Numbered from the stretch's first letter, positions 27,853 to 38,234 are shown. The stretch: 64,000 nt of DNA from Candidatus Colwellbacteria bacterium (GCA_030700125.1 JAUYKE010000021.1:2492-66491), one strand, 5' to 3'. Notes: generated by a model from the letters alone, not told the origin. Translations and numbers: made by a program.

Positions 27853-28859
27853 TGGTTCGACAAAGCTCACCACAGGCGGATCACCCGGAGTATCAATATT
27901 TAAATCTCCTAAAAGAGATCATTGCCGATGGTGTGAAAAATGTTGACCGCGGCACAGGGATGGCTTCATATAGCTTATTCGGCAGACAAACCCGGTACGA
28001 CTTATCAAAAGGGTTCCCGCTTCTAACGACGAAAAAAACCTACTGGCACGGGATTCTGCATGAGCTTTATTGGTTCTTGTCCGGCCAAACAAATATTAAA
28101 TATCTAATTGATAATAACGTCCATATTTGGGACGACTATCCTTACAAGATTTATAAAAAGAAGGCTAAGGGAGCGGATATAAAAGAGCTAAGCAAGGAAG
28201 AGTTTATCAATAAAATCGCGACTGATGCTAAGTTTGCTAAGGAGCACGGAGAACTACCTCGAATTTACGGAGAGATGTGGCGCAAGTGGCCCACTCGTAC
28301 ACCGGGCCGCACTATCGATCAGCTAAAGTGGGTAATTGATGAGATTAAGGAAGACCCATACGCCAGAAATGCGATAGTCACTTCTTGGAATCCGGAATAT
28401 CTCTACACAATGGCAACTCGTGAAGATACGAGCTACTTCCCAATTTGCCACAACATGTACCAGATTAGTGTTAAAGACGGCAAGTTATCCCTACAACTCT
28501 ATCAAAGAAGCGCCGATATGTTTTTGGGAGTACCGTTCAATATTGCGAGCTACGCTCTCTTAACTCATATTCTAGCTCGCGTGACCGGATACGAGCCGGG
28601 AGATTTTATCCACACTTTTGGCGATGTTCATATCTACGAAAATCATCTAGAGCAATCAAAGGAGCAGATCACTCGCGAGCCAAGACCTCTCCCCTCTTTA
28701 AAAATTAATCCATCAGTGAGAAGCTTTGACGACTTTAGGCCGGAGCACGTGATTCTCGAAGGATATGACCCTCACCCGCCAATTAAAGGAGATTTTACAG
28801 TCGCCGGCGGCTTTTATGAATCAGAAACAGCTAGACAGAATCTAGAATTTAGAAAATAG
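27849..28859 (+). CDS. thyA: thymidylate synthase (ThyA)
   Basis: …SWNPEYLYTMA…FPICHNMYQISV…LYQRSADMFLGVPFNIASYALLTHILA core motifs; ATGA overlap with upstream gene. Confidence 0.9.
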   Translation: MMVRQSSPQADHPEYQYLNLLKEIIADGVKNVDRGTGMASYSLFGRQTRYDLSKGFPLLTTKKTYWHGILHELYWFLSGQTNIKYLIDNNVHIWDDYPYKIYKKKAKGADIKELSKEEFINKIATDAKFAKEHGELPRIYGEMWRKWPTRTPGRTIDQLKWVIDEIKEDPYARNAIVTSWNPEYLYTMATREDTSYFPICHNMYQISVKDGKLSLQLYQRSADMFLGVPFNIASYALLTHILARVTGYEPGDFIHTFGDVHIYENHLEQSKEQITREPRPLPSLKINPSVRSFDDFRPEHVILEGYDPHPPIKGDFTVAGGFYESETARQNLEFRK

Positions 28860-28872
28860 AATCTAGAATATT
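28838..28872. repeat. TCTAGAAAATAGAA-type repeat block, copy 1 (overlaps thyA stop, upstream of folA)
   Basis: gaatctagaatttagaaaatagaatctagaatatt; related copies at 30022 and 30597. Confidence 0.6.
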
Positions 28873-28875
28873 GTA

Positions 28876-29367
28876 ATGCGACCGAAAGTCTCTATCATTG
28901 CTGCTATCTCTGAAAATGGAGCGATTGGAAAAGATAATCAGCTTTTATGGCACATTCCAGGGGACATGCGCCGCTTCAAGGAACTGACCACGGGCCACGT
29001 GGTCATCATGGGTCGAAAGACATATGAGACAATCGGAAAACCGCTTCCGAATCGAACCAATATCATCCTTACAAGGGATAAAAACTACAGCGCCCCTGAC
29101 TGCCTTGTAGTCCCCTCTTTGGAAGAGGCCCTAGAGAAAGCTAAAGAGATAGAAAACGACGAAATCTTCATTATGGGCGGCGGGGAGATTTACCGTCAGG
29201 CGATCGGCAAAGCCCACAAGCTTTATCTCACCTTGGTCCACCAGAATTTTGAAGGAGATGTTTTCTTCCCTGATCATTCGCAATTTAAAAAGGAGGTCTT
29301 TCGCGAAGAAGGCGAATCCGCTAACGGACTCAAATTCACTTTCCTGGAACTTGAAAAGTTGCTATAG
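28876..29367 (+). CDS. folA: dihydrofolate reductase
   Basis: ISENGAIGKDNQLLWHIPGDMRRFKELTTGHVVIMGRKTYE…IMGGGEIY. Confidence 0.9.
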   Translation: MRPKVSIIAAISENGAIGKDNQLLWHIPGDMRRFKELTTGHVVIMGRKTYETIGKPLPNRTNIILTRDKNYSAPDCLVVPSLEEALEKAKEIENDEIFIMGGGEIYRQAIGKAHKLYLTLVHQNFEGDVFFPDHSQFKKEVFREEGESANGLKFTFLELEKLL

Positions 29368-29371
29368 CTCA

Positions 29372-29411
29372 CTACTAAACAAATTCCGCGATCGCGGAAT
29401 TTGTTTAGTAG
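29372..29411. terminator. 40-nt perfect palindromic hairpin (CTACTAAACAAATTCCGCGATCGCGGAATTTGTTTAGTAG) between convergent folA and dcd; bidirectional terminator
   Basis: Seen directly. Confidence 0.65.
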
Positions 29412-29414
29412 ATG

Positions 29415-30008
29415 TCATTTTCCCTTCTTTATTTCTTGCTTAACTTCTTTTCCGAGCTTGGAGGCATCGGCGTTCTTCGCCCCGGCGTATTTGGCGCCCT
29501 TCTTTTTGGAATAAGGCACCTCTACTTTGCTAGAAACCTCCTCAAAAGTGAAGGCGCAGATTCTCATTCCCGGATAAAGCGTCACTGGCATCACTCCTAA
29601 ATTCCCGAGCTCCATCGTTGGTTTGCCGTCCCAGCCAGGATCAAAAAGCCCGGCGGTGCTGTGGACAATAATTCCCAGTCGCCCCAGCGAACTTCTGCCC
29701 TCAATCCGACCGGCAATGTCCGAGGCGAGCTTCAAGCGCTCGACCGTGGTGGCAATGGCAAAATCCCCCGGTTGAAGAATAAAGGGCTTCCCCTTGGGTA
29801 TCACGACTTCTTCCATAATGCTTGCCACATCAACATCGCCCATTAAATCAATGAAAGGATGAGTCGAATGTTTAAAGACACGGAAACGGTTTCCCAAATG
29901 AAAATCAATGGAGCAGGAGCCCAGCTGCTTTGAATAATCCGGTTTGGGGGTGATTTTTATTCTGCCTGAAGCGATGGCTTTTTTGATGTCCCTGTCAGAG
30001 AGAACCAT
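29415..30008 (-). CDS. dcd: dCTP deaminase
   Basis: MVLSDRDIKKAIASGRIKI… dUTPase-fold dCTP deaminase signature. Confidence 0.85.
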   Translation of the reverse strand: MVLSDRDIKKAIASGRIKITPKPDYSKQLGSCSIDFHLGNRFRVFKHSTHPFIDLMGDVDVASIMEEVVIPKGKPFILQPGDFAIATTVERLKLASDIAGRIEGRSSLGRLGIIVHSTAGLFDPGWDGKPTMELGNLGVMPVTLYPGMRICAFTFEEVSSKVEVPYSKKKGAKYAGAKNADASKLGKEVKQEIKKGK

Positions 30009-30021
30009 GGACCAATTGTAG

Positions 30022-30049
30022 CTAGAAAATGGAATCTAGAAAATAGAAG
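30022..30049. repeat. TCTAGAAAATAGAA-type repeat block, copy 2 (between divergent dcd and GC-rich ORF)
   Basis: ctagaaaatggaatctagaaaatagaag. Confidence 0.6.
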
Positions 30050-30123
30050 ACTGCTTTACGAGAAGAAACGAATGTGGTAAACGTGAGGGCTGTACCGTAA
30101 CACAATTTTGAGGAGGAACAACT

Positions 30124-30543
30124 ATGTCGGGAGTCAGTGGAGCAAGTCTCTTCCGTAACAAATTGAGGGAGAGAGGATTGCTCCCCGTTCAGATCGCAGC
30201 AAAACCAGTTCCCATCAGTGCCCTCGAGCTTGTCCCCATCTGCGGGGACGACGAACTCTGGATCTCCGGCGAGGATCTGCTGATGCGAGCTCGGGAAGTC
30301 GAGGCTGATTTCGGCCAAGATCAGATCGAGTACATGTTGGAACGCCGCGATGAGTTTCCGGAAGAATGGGGGATCATCTCCTTCCTTCTCTTTCCAGACG
30401 TAGTCAGGAGAGACCAGCCCGGGAACCTGTATTTCCCCTTCATCTACTGGAACGGGGAGTGGAATCTGGAGTTCTGCTTACTCGATAGTCGTCACCCCCC
30501 GAGTGGGCGACTGGTCCGGCGTCGTAAGCGTCCACGCGAGTAG
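30124..30543 (+). CDS. GC-rich orphan hypothetical protein (139 aa, W/F-rich, Arg-rich tail)
   Basis: Strong GAGGAGG SD 8 nt upstream; followed by compound hairpin terminator (~30556-30592); GC content clearly above that of flanking nucleotide-metabolism genes. Confidence 0.55.
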   Translation: MSGVSGASLFRNKLRERGLLPVQIAAKPVPISALELVPICGDDELWISGEDLLMRAREVEADFGQDQIEYMLERRDEFPEEWGIISFLLFPDVVRRDQPGNLYFPFIYWNGEWNLEFCLLDSRHPPSGRLVRRRKRPRE

Positions 30544-30596
30544 CTGAACCCTCAACCGAAGCCCGTCCCGATGCACTGTCATCGGGCGGGCTTCTC

Positions 30597-30635
30597 TACT
30601 TCTAGATTCTATTTTCTACTTTCTAGATTTTTGCT
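30597..30635. repeat. TCTAGAAAATAGAA-type repeat block, copy 3 (inverted relative to copy 2; upstream of glyA)
   Basis: tacttctagattctattttctactttctagattttt. Confidence 0.6.
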
Positions 30636-30646
30636 ATTCTTGACCC

Positions 30647-31903
30647 ATGGCTTTTCGCGACCCGATTTTAGAGAATTTAATAAAAAAGGAAATTAAGCGG
30701 CAAAGGGAGACCTTGGCTTTAATCCCTTCTGAAAATTTCGCTCCCCTAGAAACGCTGAAAATTTTAGGTACTCCTCTATCCAATAAATACTCCGAAGGGT
30801 ATCCCGGAAAGCGCTATTATCCCGGTAATTTTTATTACGATAAAATTGAAACTCTTGCCCAGAAGCGAGCTTTAAAAGTTTTTGGTTTAGATCCAAGAAA
30901 ATGGCACGTGAATGTTCAGCCCTATTCCGGTTCGCCGGGAAACCTCGCAGTTTATTTTGCCTTGGCAGAACCGGGCGAAACGATTATGGGGATGAAGCTT
31001 GCCGATGGCGGACACCTCACTCACGGGCATAAAGTTTCGGCTACCGGAAAATTTTGGAAGAGTGTTCAGTTTGGCATCAATCCTAAAACGGGATTGATTA
31101 ACTACGCTGAGGTGGCAAAGCTGGCAAGGAAACATAGGCCCAAAGTTATTGTTTCAGGATTTACCGCTTATCCCAGAAAAGTTAATTTCAAAAAATTCGG
31201 CGAGATTGCAAAGAGTGTCGGGGCATATCACCTAACCGATATCTCTCACATTGCGGGGCTCATAGCCGGCGGAGTGCATCCTGCGCCTTTTCCCCACGCC
31301 GACGTGGTAATGACTACCACTCACAAATCACTCCGAGGACCCAGGGGAGCTATTCTTTTTATTAATCGGGCGTCCCCCGTCGCAAAGAAAAACAAAGTTG
31401 ACCTCCCGGCTTTAATTGACAGGGCAGTTTTCCCGGGTCTCCAAGGCGGGCCACATAATAACACCACCGCCGCCATGGCAATGGCCTTTTTGGAAGCCAG
31501 TCAGCCCTCTTTTAAGGCTTATGCCAGGCAAATCGCTAAAAACGCAAAAGCCCTCGCGGCAGAGCTTAAGCAACTGGGCTTTAATCTGGTAAGCGGAGGA
31601 ACAGACAGCCATCTTATTCTCATGGATGTGAGAAACTTTGGCCTTGACGGCATGGAGGCGGAAAAACAACTAGAGAAAGCAGGTATTATTGCTAACAGAA
31701 ATTCGGTTCCCGGAGATCCTTCACCTTTTAAACCCTCCGGCATAAGAATGGGAACGCCGGCTCTCACTTCGCGCGGGATGAAAGAAAAAGAAATGGTTGA
31801 AGTGGCACGACTCATCCATCAAGCGCTCCACAAAAAGGCGGGAGCAAAAGCAGCTGTCTTAAAGCTCTGTCGTAAATTCCCGGCCAGAAGATTTTTAGGA
31901 TAA
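30647..31903 (+). CDS. glyA: serine hydroxymethyltransferase
   Basis: …LIPSENF…SNKYSEGYPGKRYY…TTTHKSLRGPRG (PLP-Lys region). Confidence 0.95.
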   Translation: MAFRDPILENLIKKEIKRQRETLALIPSENFAPLETLKILGTPLSNKYSEGYPGKRYYPGNFYYDKIETLAQKRALKVFGLDPRKWHVNVQPYSGSPGNLAVYFALAEPGETIMGMKLADGGHLTHGHKVSATGKFWKSVQFGINPKTGLINYAEVAKLARKHRPKVIVSGFTAYPRKVNFKKFGEIAKSVGAYHLTDISHIAGLIAGGVHPAPFPHADVVMTTTHKSLRGPRGAILFINRASPVAKKNKVDLPALIDRAVFPGLQGGPHNNTTAAMAMAFLEASQPSFKAYARQIAKNAKALAAELKQLGFNLVSGGTDSHLILMDVRNFGLDGMEAEKQLEKAGIIANRNSVPGDPSPFKPSGIRMGTPALTSRGMKEKEMVEVARLIHQALHKKAGAKAAVLKLCRKFPARRFLG

Positions 31904-32265
31904 TGCCAAAAGAAAAGAGGTTAGCTAAAGGCTTTGGAGCTGCCCTCGACGGCTTTAGAGAAACTATCCTCTACGAAAAAAGCTTTAAGGTGATGCTAGT
32001 TATCGCTGCCGTTGTTGTCGCAGCTATGTTCTATTTTCCCACCGGCCCTCTTGAAAAAGTAGTGCTTCTCGCTGCGATCTTTGCTGTTTTGGTGCTTGAG
32101 CTTTTGAACTCTGTCGTTGAACGAGTAATGGATTTTTTGTCGCCGGAATACAATGAGCAGGCAAGAATAGTAAAGGACTTAATGGCCGCCATCGTGTTTT
32201 CGGCTTCCGTCGGCGCCGTTATTATTGGATTAATGATTTTCGTCCCTTATATACTAAGTTGGTGA
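31903..32265 (+). CDS. dgkA: diacylglycerol kinase family protein (DgkA/undecaprenol kinase-like)
   Basis: 120 aa, 3 TM, ELLNSVVE motif. Confidence 0.7.
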   Translation: MPKEKRLAKGFGAALDGFRETILYEKSFKVMLVIAAVVVAAMFYFPTGPLEKVVLLAAIFAVLVLELLNSVVERVMDFLSPEYNEQARIVKDLMAAIVFSASVGAVIIGLMIFVPYILSW

Positions 32266-33074
32266 AAATAGACGGTCATTCTATCTCGAAAGAGATAATC
32301 GAACATCTTAAAAAATTACCAAAACCGGAAAAGATTTTTGCGGCCATTCTTGTCGGTGATGATCCCCGTTCAGCCAGTTTTCTAAAACAAAAGGAACGGG
32401 TGGCTAAAGAGCTGGGAGTTGATTTCCGGCTCTATAATCTACGGGCTGAACTTGGCAATGACGGTTTGCGGCAGGAGGTAAGGCGGCTCGTGGGAAAAAA
32501 CCCGGTCGGCGGAACCGTTTTCCAGCTGCCTCTTCCGCAAGGACTCAATCCCCACTATGTTTTGAATGCCATTCCGCGCAAGAAGGACGTTGATGTCTTG
32601 ACCGAGCGAGCACTAGGCGCCCTTTACAATGGCCGAAATCCGGTTTTTCCTCCGGCAGTCGCGACTGTAAAAACTATTTTAGAAAAAGTTAATTTTGACT
32701 TAGAGAAAGCAGAAGTAGCAGTAGTCGGGCTGGGTAATTTGGTAGGTAAGCCGGTTAGTGTCTGGCTCACAAGAAAGTGTAAAAACCTCTTTTTATTGAG
32801 GAGGGGCAGCGATTTGGAATTGCTTAAGCGGGCGGATCTTATTATTACTGGAGTCGGCCAGGCAGGACTCATTAAATCAGATATGCTAAAATCCGGCGCA
32901 GGCGTTATCGACTTCGGATATTATTATTCTCCCGATGGCGAAGTGTCCGGCGATTTTTCGGCGGAAGATGGGGGAAAACTAAGTTTTTACACCCCCACGC
33001 CGGGAGGCACAGGCCCGATTTTAGTAGCCGAGCTGTTTCGTAATTTTTATATTTTGAATAGTCAAGAAAGATGA
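32259..33074 (+). CDS. folD: bifunctional methylenetetrahydrofolate dehydrogenase/cyclohydrolase
   Basis: AAILVGDDPRSASFLKQKERVAKELG…VVGLGNLVGKPVSVWL… typical FolD. Confidence 0.8.
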   Translation: MVKIDGHSISKEIIEHLKKLPKPEKIFAAILVGDDPRSASFLKQKERVAKELGVDFRLYNLRAELGNDGLRQEVRRLVGKNPVGGTVFQLPLPQGLNPHYVLNAIPRKKDVDVLTERALGALYNGRNPVFPPAVATVKTILEKVNFDLEKAEVAVVGLGNLVGKPVSVWLTRKCKNLFLLRRGSDLELLKRADLIITGVGQAGLIKSDMLKSGAGVIDFGYYYSPDGEVSGDFSAEDGGKLSFYTPTPGGTGPILVAELFRNFYILNSQER

Positions 33075-33946
33075 GAAAAACCTTAGTTATTTTTACTTTG
33101 GCTGCGGTGGCAGGACTCCTAATCGGCGGGATATTATTCTGGCAAAGAGTCTATTTTTTTAACGGCAAAATCGGAATAAGCCAGGATTTGGCTCTACTAG
33201 TTCTGGGACAAGTTTCTCCCGGAGAAGGAGGCCAGTGGCACAATGCTCCCGAGCTGGCTGATTCCATTGTCCTTGTTTACTACAACGCCGACACAAAAAC
33301 GGTAAACCTTATTTCTTTACCCCGCGACCTCTACGGCACTTTCGGCGGCGAGAGTTTTAAATTAAACGAAGTTGCTAAACGTAAAAAAGTTGATGATCTT
33401 CTCGTCAAGATGCCCGAAATAACCGGAGTGGAAACGGAAAAATATGTCATCGTTAACTTGGGAATCGTGGAGAAAGTAGTTGATAACTTGGGCGGGGTGG
33501 ATGTTGTCCTTGAAGCTCCGGTTACTGATCCGGTAAGCGGCTTTACCCTTAAAAAGGGCTTAAATCATTTAAACGGTAACCAGGCGGCTTTCCTCGTTAG
33601 AAATAGATTCGCGCCGGAAGGAGATTTCTTCCGGGAAAGACACCAGCACCTTTTGATAAAAGCTATTTTTGACAAACTAAGCGAGCAAGGTTCCGCCGAC
33701 CGCACAAAATTTTTCTTCCAGATTTTGCCGGAAGTCGCTAGATCCCAATCAAACTTTAGTGTTGGAGAGCTTATTCCCCAGTTAGGTAATATTAATGTAG
33801 AGAAATTTAATAGCATCACCCTGGATTTCCAAACCGGTGTTCTTGTGAGTTCCCAAGACCCAATCGGCGCCTACATCCTAATCCCCAAAGAAGGAATCGA
33901 TAACTACGCCGGCGTAAGAAAATTTATTGAGAGCAAGCTGAAGTAG
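33071..33946 (+). CDS. LytR-CpsA-Psr (LCP) family protein
   Basis: N-terminal TM then LCP core (…ADSIVLVYYNADTKTVNLISLPRDLY…). Confidence 0.75.
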   Translation: MRKTLVIFTLAAVAGLLIGGILFWQRVYFFNGKIGISQDLALLVLGQVSPGEGGQWHNAPELADSIVLVYYNADTKTVNLISLPRDLYGTFGGESFKLNEVAKRKKVDDLLVKMPEITGVETEKYVIVNLGIVEKVVDNLGGVDVVLEAPVTDPVSGFTLKKGLNHLNGNQAAFLVRNRFAPEGDFFRERHQHLLIKAIFDKLSEQGSADRTKFFFQILPEVARSQSNFSVGELIPQLGNINVEKFNSITLDFQTGVLVSSQDPIGAYILIPKEGIDNYAGVRKFIESKLK

Positions 33947-33948
33947 CT

Positions 33949-34452
33949 CTAGATATATCTGTCTGCCACCGAGGAGGCGGCGTAGGCCTCGGGCTTAGTT
34001 TTGACCTCAAGGTTGTTGGCGCGAATCATTCCCACCAATTCTTGGATCATTTTACTTGATTGGCCGTTAGTGCCGACATCAACGTGAACTTCTAGATCAT
34101 ATTGAGGAGTATCAAATTGTCTTAGATAACTCAAAACTGTTTTCGCAATTTCAATAGATACAATCACCTCCTGCATTATTCTGTCTCTCATCGTGTAGAG
34201 CTTGTGAAGCTCATCTCGCCGCCAAAAGAATCGGCCGCCGTTGCCGATGCGATGAACAACGATGGCGGTGACAAAATCAGCCGAGGTTTTATCAAATACT
34301 TCCGAATCAGTACCAATAGTTACCTTGTAAGAACGGCCGGGCTCCGCCTGCATAAAGGCGATAACTTCAGTTGCCGCTTCCTTGACGGTAAGCTTGCCGC
34401 CGCTGGAATTGTTAAAAAGGGGTTCTGTCATTCTGGCCTCTATGGTAAGCAC
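33949..34452 (-). CDS. hypothetical protein (possibly YkuK/DUF458 RNase-H-like family)
   Basis: 167 aa; weak family recollection only. Confidence 0.35.
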   Translation of the reverse strand: MLTIEARMTEPLFNNSSGGKLTVKEAATEVIAFMQAEPGRSYKVTIGTDSEVFDKTSADFVTAIVVHRIGNGGRFFWRRDELHKLYTMRDRIMQEVIVSIEIAKTVLSYLRQFDTPQYDLEVHVDVGTNGQSSKMIQELVGMIRANNLEVKTKPEAYAASSVADRYI

Positions 34453-34489
34453 AGTTTAAATTAAAGGCAATAGCTGTTAAATTTAAGAG

Positions 34490-36571
34490 GTGGCAAGAAA
34501 AAGAAGGAAGAGACGAAATAAATTTCCGGAGCCGAATCTTCCTAAGAAGACTTTGCATAGCGAAACCAAAATGAGCATTGTGGCTATCGCCCTTTTGGGC
34601 TTAGCTATTCTTCTTGTCCTCGCAGGTTTCGAGGCAGCCGGGCCAGCGGGTGATTTTATCTTTAGCGCTCTTCAAAAACTCCTCGGCTGGGGCTATTTTC
34701 TCGCCCCTCTAATCCTCTTTCTGATTGGATTAAATCTCCTTACTCAAGCCAAGCGGGTGGTGATGGGTCCAGCGCTTATCGCTTCCGCTTTCTTTGTGAT
34801 GGCTGGCTTGGGGGTTATTGATCTTATCTCCTCCGAAAGCGGAGGCCTTTTGGGTAGCACCTTAGGCAGCTTAGGTCTTCTTTTCGGCACCGCCGCGGCC
34901 TTAGTCATCAACTTTACGATTCTCATAGTAACTGTCCTCGTCATTTTAAATGCTCCTTTAAATCTCCACCTCCCATTCTTAAAACCTAAAGAGCCGAAGA
35001 TTATTATGCCGGGGGCGCCCCCGACGGGTGCTTCTGACGAGGTTCAGTCAGAAGAAAAGAAAGAGGAGATTGAAAAGCCGAGGATAGTTGAGCCCTCTAC
35101 CTCCGTTGCCGCATCCTCGCCGCTCCCCTTGGCACTTGAGAAAGAAGTGATCCACAAAAGCCGAACCTACGTGCCGCCGCCCTTGAATCTTTTAAAATCA
35201 TCGACCGAAAAGCCAGTCGTCGGCGACTTGCGAGCCAATGCCAATATCATTAAAAGAAGCCTGGAGAGTTTCGGTATCCCGGTAGAGATGGGAGAAATTA
35301 CTATCGGCCCCAAGGTTACCCGCTACACTTTAAAACCGGCCGAAGGAGTAAAACTCTCCCGCATTATCGCTCTCCGGTCTGATCTAAGCCTAGCTTTAGC
35401 CGCCCATCCTATCAGGATTGAAGCTCCTATTCCCGGCCGTTCTTTAGTCGGAATTGAAATTCCAAATAAAGTCGGCAGCATTGTCCGGCTTGGCGCCATC
35501 CTCGCTTACCCCGAGTTTAAAAAATCGGCTAATCTGGGCTTTCCTTTAGGGAGGGACGTCGCCGGTGAGCCGATTTTCGTAAATCTCTCCCGCATGCCTC
35601 ACTTTTTGATCGCCGGGTCAACCGGCTCCGGAAAATCCATTGCCATCCACTCCCTTATTCTCTCCATGCTCTATAAAAACTCACCCGAGATTCTCCGCTT
35701 TATTCTTATTGACCCCAAGCGAGTGGAGCTCTCCGTCTACGAAGGCATTCCTCATCTTCTGACACCTGTCATTATCGATGGTAAAAAAGCCATCGCAGCT
35801 CTCGGATTTGCCATTCACGAGATGGAACGGCGCTACGAAGTGTTACTCAAAGCCGGCAAAAGAGACATTGCCGGTCATAATGCCGAGCGGCGTAACGACC
35901 CTATGCCATATCTTGTAATCATCATAGATGAATTGGCCGACCTTATGAGCGCTTACGGCAGAGAGATTGAAGGGTCAATTGTTCGGTTGGCGCAGATGGC
36001 GCGAGCTACGGGTATTCACTTGGTTGTCTCCACCCAAAGACCTTCGGTGGAAGTCATCACGGGGCTAATCAAGGCCAACATTTCTTCAAGAATGGCTCTC
36101 CAGGTTGCGAGTCAGGTTGACTCCCGCACTATACTGGACATGGCCGGGGCGGAAAGCCTCTTGGGCGGAGGAGATATGCTATTTCTTTCGGCCGAGATGA
36201 GTAAGCCCAGAAGAATTCAAGGGACCTATGTAGGCGAGGAGGAAGTGAAGAGCGTAGTTGAATTTATTCGGAGAGAGAATCCGGCTTTTGAGAGTAACCA
36301 TCTTGGCGAAGAGGCAGCCAGAAGCTTAAGTCGGCCAAGGGTTGATCATTTTGGAGAGGAAAATGGTATAGACGACGATCTTTACGAAGAGGCGATAAGA
36401 GTCGTAAAAGAGGCCAAGAAGGCCTCGGCCTCTCTCCTCCAGCGACGGCTAAAAATTGGTTACGCCAGGGCCGCCAGATTAATTGATATAATGGAAGAGC
36501 GCGGCATAGTGGGCTTCGCCGAGGGAGCTAAACCCCGTCCGGTTTTTATCAATGAGGAAAATCAGGAATAG
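34490..36571 (+). CDS. ftsK: DNA translocase FtsK/SpoIIIE
   Basis: N-terminal TM domain, linker, motor domain with Walker A GSTGSGKS, C-terminal gamma (winged-helix) domain. Confidence 0.9.
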   Translation: MARKRRKRRNKFPEPNLPKKTLHSETKMSIVAIALLGLAILLVLAGFEAAGPAGDFIFSALQKLLGWGYFLAPLILFLIGLNLLTQAKRVVMGPALIASAFFVMAGLGVIDLISSESGGLLGSTLGSLGLLFGTAAALVINFTILIVTVLVILNAPLNLHLPFLKPKEPKIIMPGAPPTGASDEVQSEEKKEEIEKPRIVEPSTSVAASSPLPLALEKEVIHKSRTYVPPPLNLLKSSTEKPVVGDLRANANIIKRSLESFGIPVEMGEITIGPKVTRYTLKPAEGVKLSRIIALRSDLSLALAAHPIRIEAPIPGRSLVGIEIPNKVGSIVRLGAILAYPEFKKSANLGFPLGRDVAGEPIFVNLSRMPHFLIAGSTGSGKSIAIHSLILSMLYKNSPEILRFILIDPKRVELSVYEGIPHLLTPVIIDGKKAIAALGFAIHEMERRYEVLLKAGKRDIAGHNAERRNDPMPYLVIIIDELADLMSAYGREIEGSIVRLAQMARATGIHLVVSTQRPSVEVITGLIKANISSRMALQVASQVDSRTILDMAGAESLLGGGDMLFLSAEMSKPRRIQGTYVGEEEVKSVVEFIRRENPAFESNHLGEEAARSLSRPRVDHFGEENGIDDDLYEEAIRVVKEAKKASASLLQRRLKIGYARAARLIDIMEERGIVGFAEGAKPRPVFINEENQE

Positions 36572-36583
36572 TTTAAAATAATC

Positions 36584-37213
36584 TTGGAACGGGAAGAACG
36601 TCAAAACATAACATCAATCTTGAAGGAGCTCATGGAATCCAAGGGGATGGACGCCGGTAAGCTTTCTGATCTAACTGACGTGCCGCAACGTTTTATCGTA
36701 TCTTTGGTCAGCGGCGACTTCAAAAATCTCCCTTCCGAGCCCTATATCAGAGGGTATCTTTTTAAGGTCGCCGGCGTCCTAGATGCTGATCCCAACTTTC
36801 TCTGGCGGAGTTTCCGCCAGTCCTCCGAGATCCATTCTTCTGGCTCTGCGGATTTACTGCCCGCCAACCGCTTTAGCCTGCAAAGAATTAGCAGCAAGAA
36901 AGTTTGGATTGTCTTCATAGTTCTCATCGTGCTGGGCTTCCTTGGCTTCCGGGTAGACAGCATCTTGGGAATGCCGACTCTTGATGTAACTCTCCCTGAA
37001 ACAACTACCAGTCAGACTATTAACGTCACTGGCAAAGTAAATCCCGGAGACACTCTTACCTTAAACAACGAAGTGGTTTATCCTGACGAGAGAGGTCAAT
37101 TTGAAAAGGAAGTTCAGCTGGAAACGGGCTTAAATACCCTGGAGTTTAGAGCCAAACGTTTCCTCGGTCGGGAAACGAGGATAGTAAAACAGGTGTTCTA
37201 CCAACCCCAATAA
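36584..37213 (+). CDS. RodZ-like cytoskeletal protein (N-terminal XRE-type HTH + TM + C-terminal domain)
   Basis: [35 protein letters not shown] then [18 protein letters not shown]. Confidence 0.6.
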   Translation: MEREERQNITSILKELMESKGMDAGKLSDLTDVPQRFIVSLVSGDFKNLPSEPYIRGYLFKVAGVLDADPNFLWRSFRQSSEIHSSGSADLLPANRFSLQRISSKKVWIVFIVLIVLGFLGFRVDSILGMPTLDVTLPETTTSQTINVTGKVNPGDTLTLNNEVVYPDERGQFEKEVQLETGLNTLEFRAKRFLGRETRIVKQVFYQPQ

Positions 37214-38214
37214 TGGTTAAAAAAGAAAAAGTGCAAGAAAAATCAGGTGATCTGGATTCACTTCTCCAGGCTCTGCGAACCAAGTTTGGCGAAGAAGCAG
37301 TTATGAAGTTAGGGGAAATTCGGGGCGTAAATGTTGAAGTTATTCCGACGGGTTCATTGTCGCTTGACCTCGCCTTGGGGGTCGGCGGTCTGCCTAAGGG
37401 GCGAATCGTTGAAATCTTTGGTCCCGAATCTTCCGGCAAAACCACCTTGGCGTTGAATGTCATCGCCCAAGCGCAAAAGCAGGGTGGCCGCGCGGCTTTT
37501 ATTGACGCCGAGCACGGCATGGATCCGGATTACGCCAAGCGCATAGGCGTGAATGTGAATGAACTTTTAGTCTCTCAGCCCTCGAGTGGAGAAGAGGCGT
37601 TAAATATTCTGGAGAGTTTAGTCCGCTCCGGAATTATCGATGTTATCGTGGTTGACTCTGTGGCAGCGTTAACTCCCCAGCGAGAAATCGACGGTGAGAT
37701 GGGAGACCAGCACATAGGACTCCAAGCTCGGATGATGTCCCAAGCCCTAAGGAAGCTCACTGCCATCGCGGCGAAGAGTGGAACTATGATTGTCTTTATC
37801 AATCAGCTAAGAGAAAAGATAGGCGTAATGTGGGGGAACCCGGAAACGACTCCCGGCGGCCGGGCGCTTAAATTTTATTCTTCAGTGAGAATTGATATTC
37901 GCCGAATAGCTCAAATAAAGAAGGGAGATCAGGCAGTTGGAAATCGGGTAAAAGCCAAAGTAGTTAAAAATAAAGTTGCTCCGCCTTTTAGGGTAGCGGA
38001 GTTCGATATTATCTTCGGCGAAGGGATTTCTTACGAAGGTGATGTGTTGAATATGGCCCTGAATCAAGGAGTGGTGAAAAAGAGCGGCGCGAGCTACAGC
38101 TTCGGCGAGGAAAAGCTCGGTGTAGGCCTTGAGACCGTCCGCAAAAAACTTGAAGAAGATAAAAAACTGCTGAATCAGATCAAGAAGAAAGTTTTAGAGG
38201 TGGTAAAATCATAA
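37213..38214 (+). CDS. recA: recombinase RecA
   Basis: …[17 protein letters not shown]… and full-length RecA core. Confidence 0.95.
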   Translation: MVKKEKVQEKSGDLDSLLQALRTKFGEEAVMKLGEIRGVNVEVIPTGSLSLDLALGVGGLPKGRIVEIFGPESSGKTTLALNVIAQAQKQGGRAAFIDAEHGMDPDYAKRIGVNVNELLVSQPSSGEEALNILESLVRSGIIDVIVVDSVAALTPQREIDGEMGDQHIGLQARMMSQALRKLTAIAAKSGTMIVFINQLREKIGVMWGNPETTPGGRALKFYSSVRIDIRRIAQIKKGDQAVGNRVKAKVVKNKVAPPFRVAEFDIIFGEGISYEGDVLNMALNQGVVKKSGASYSFGEEKLGVGLETVRKKLEEDKKLLNQIKKKVLEVVKS

Positions 38215-38234
38215 TTTTTGCTACCCCATTTTCT

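Noticed and set aside
30022-30635. CRISPR-like array interpretation of the TCTAGAAAATAGAA repeats
   Set aside because: Only three irregular copies with gene-sized, non-uniform spacing and mixed orientation. No cas genes anywhere in the window.
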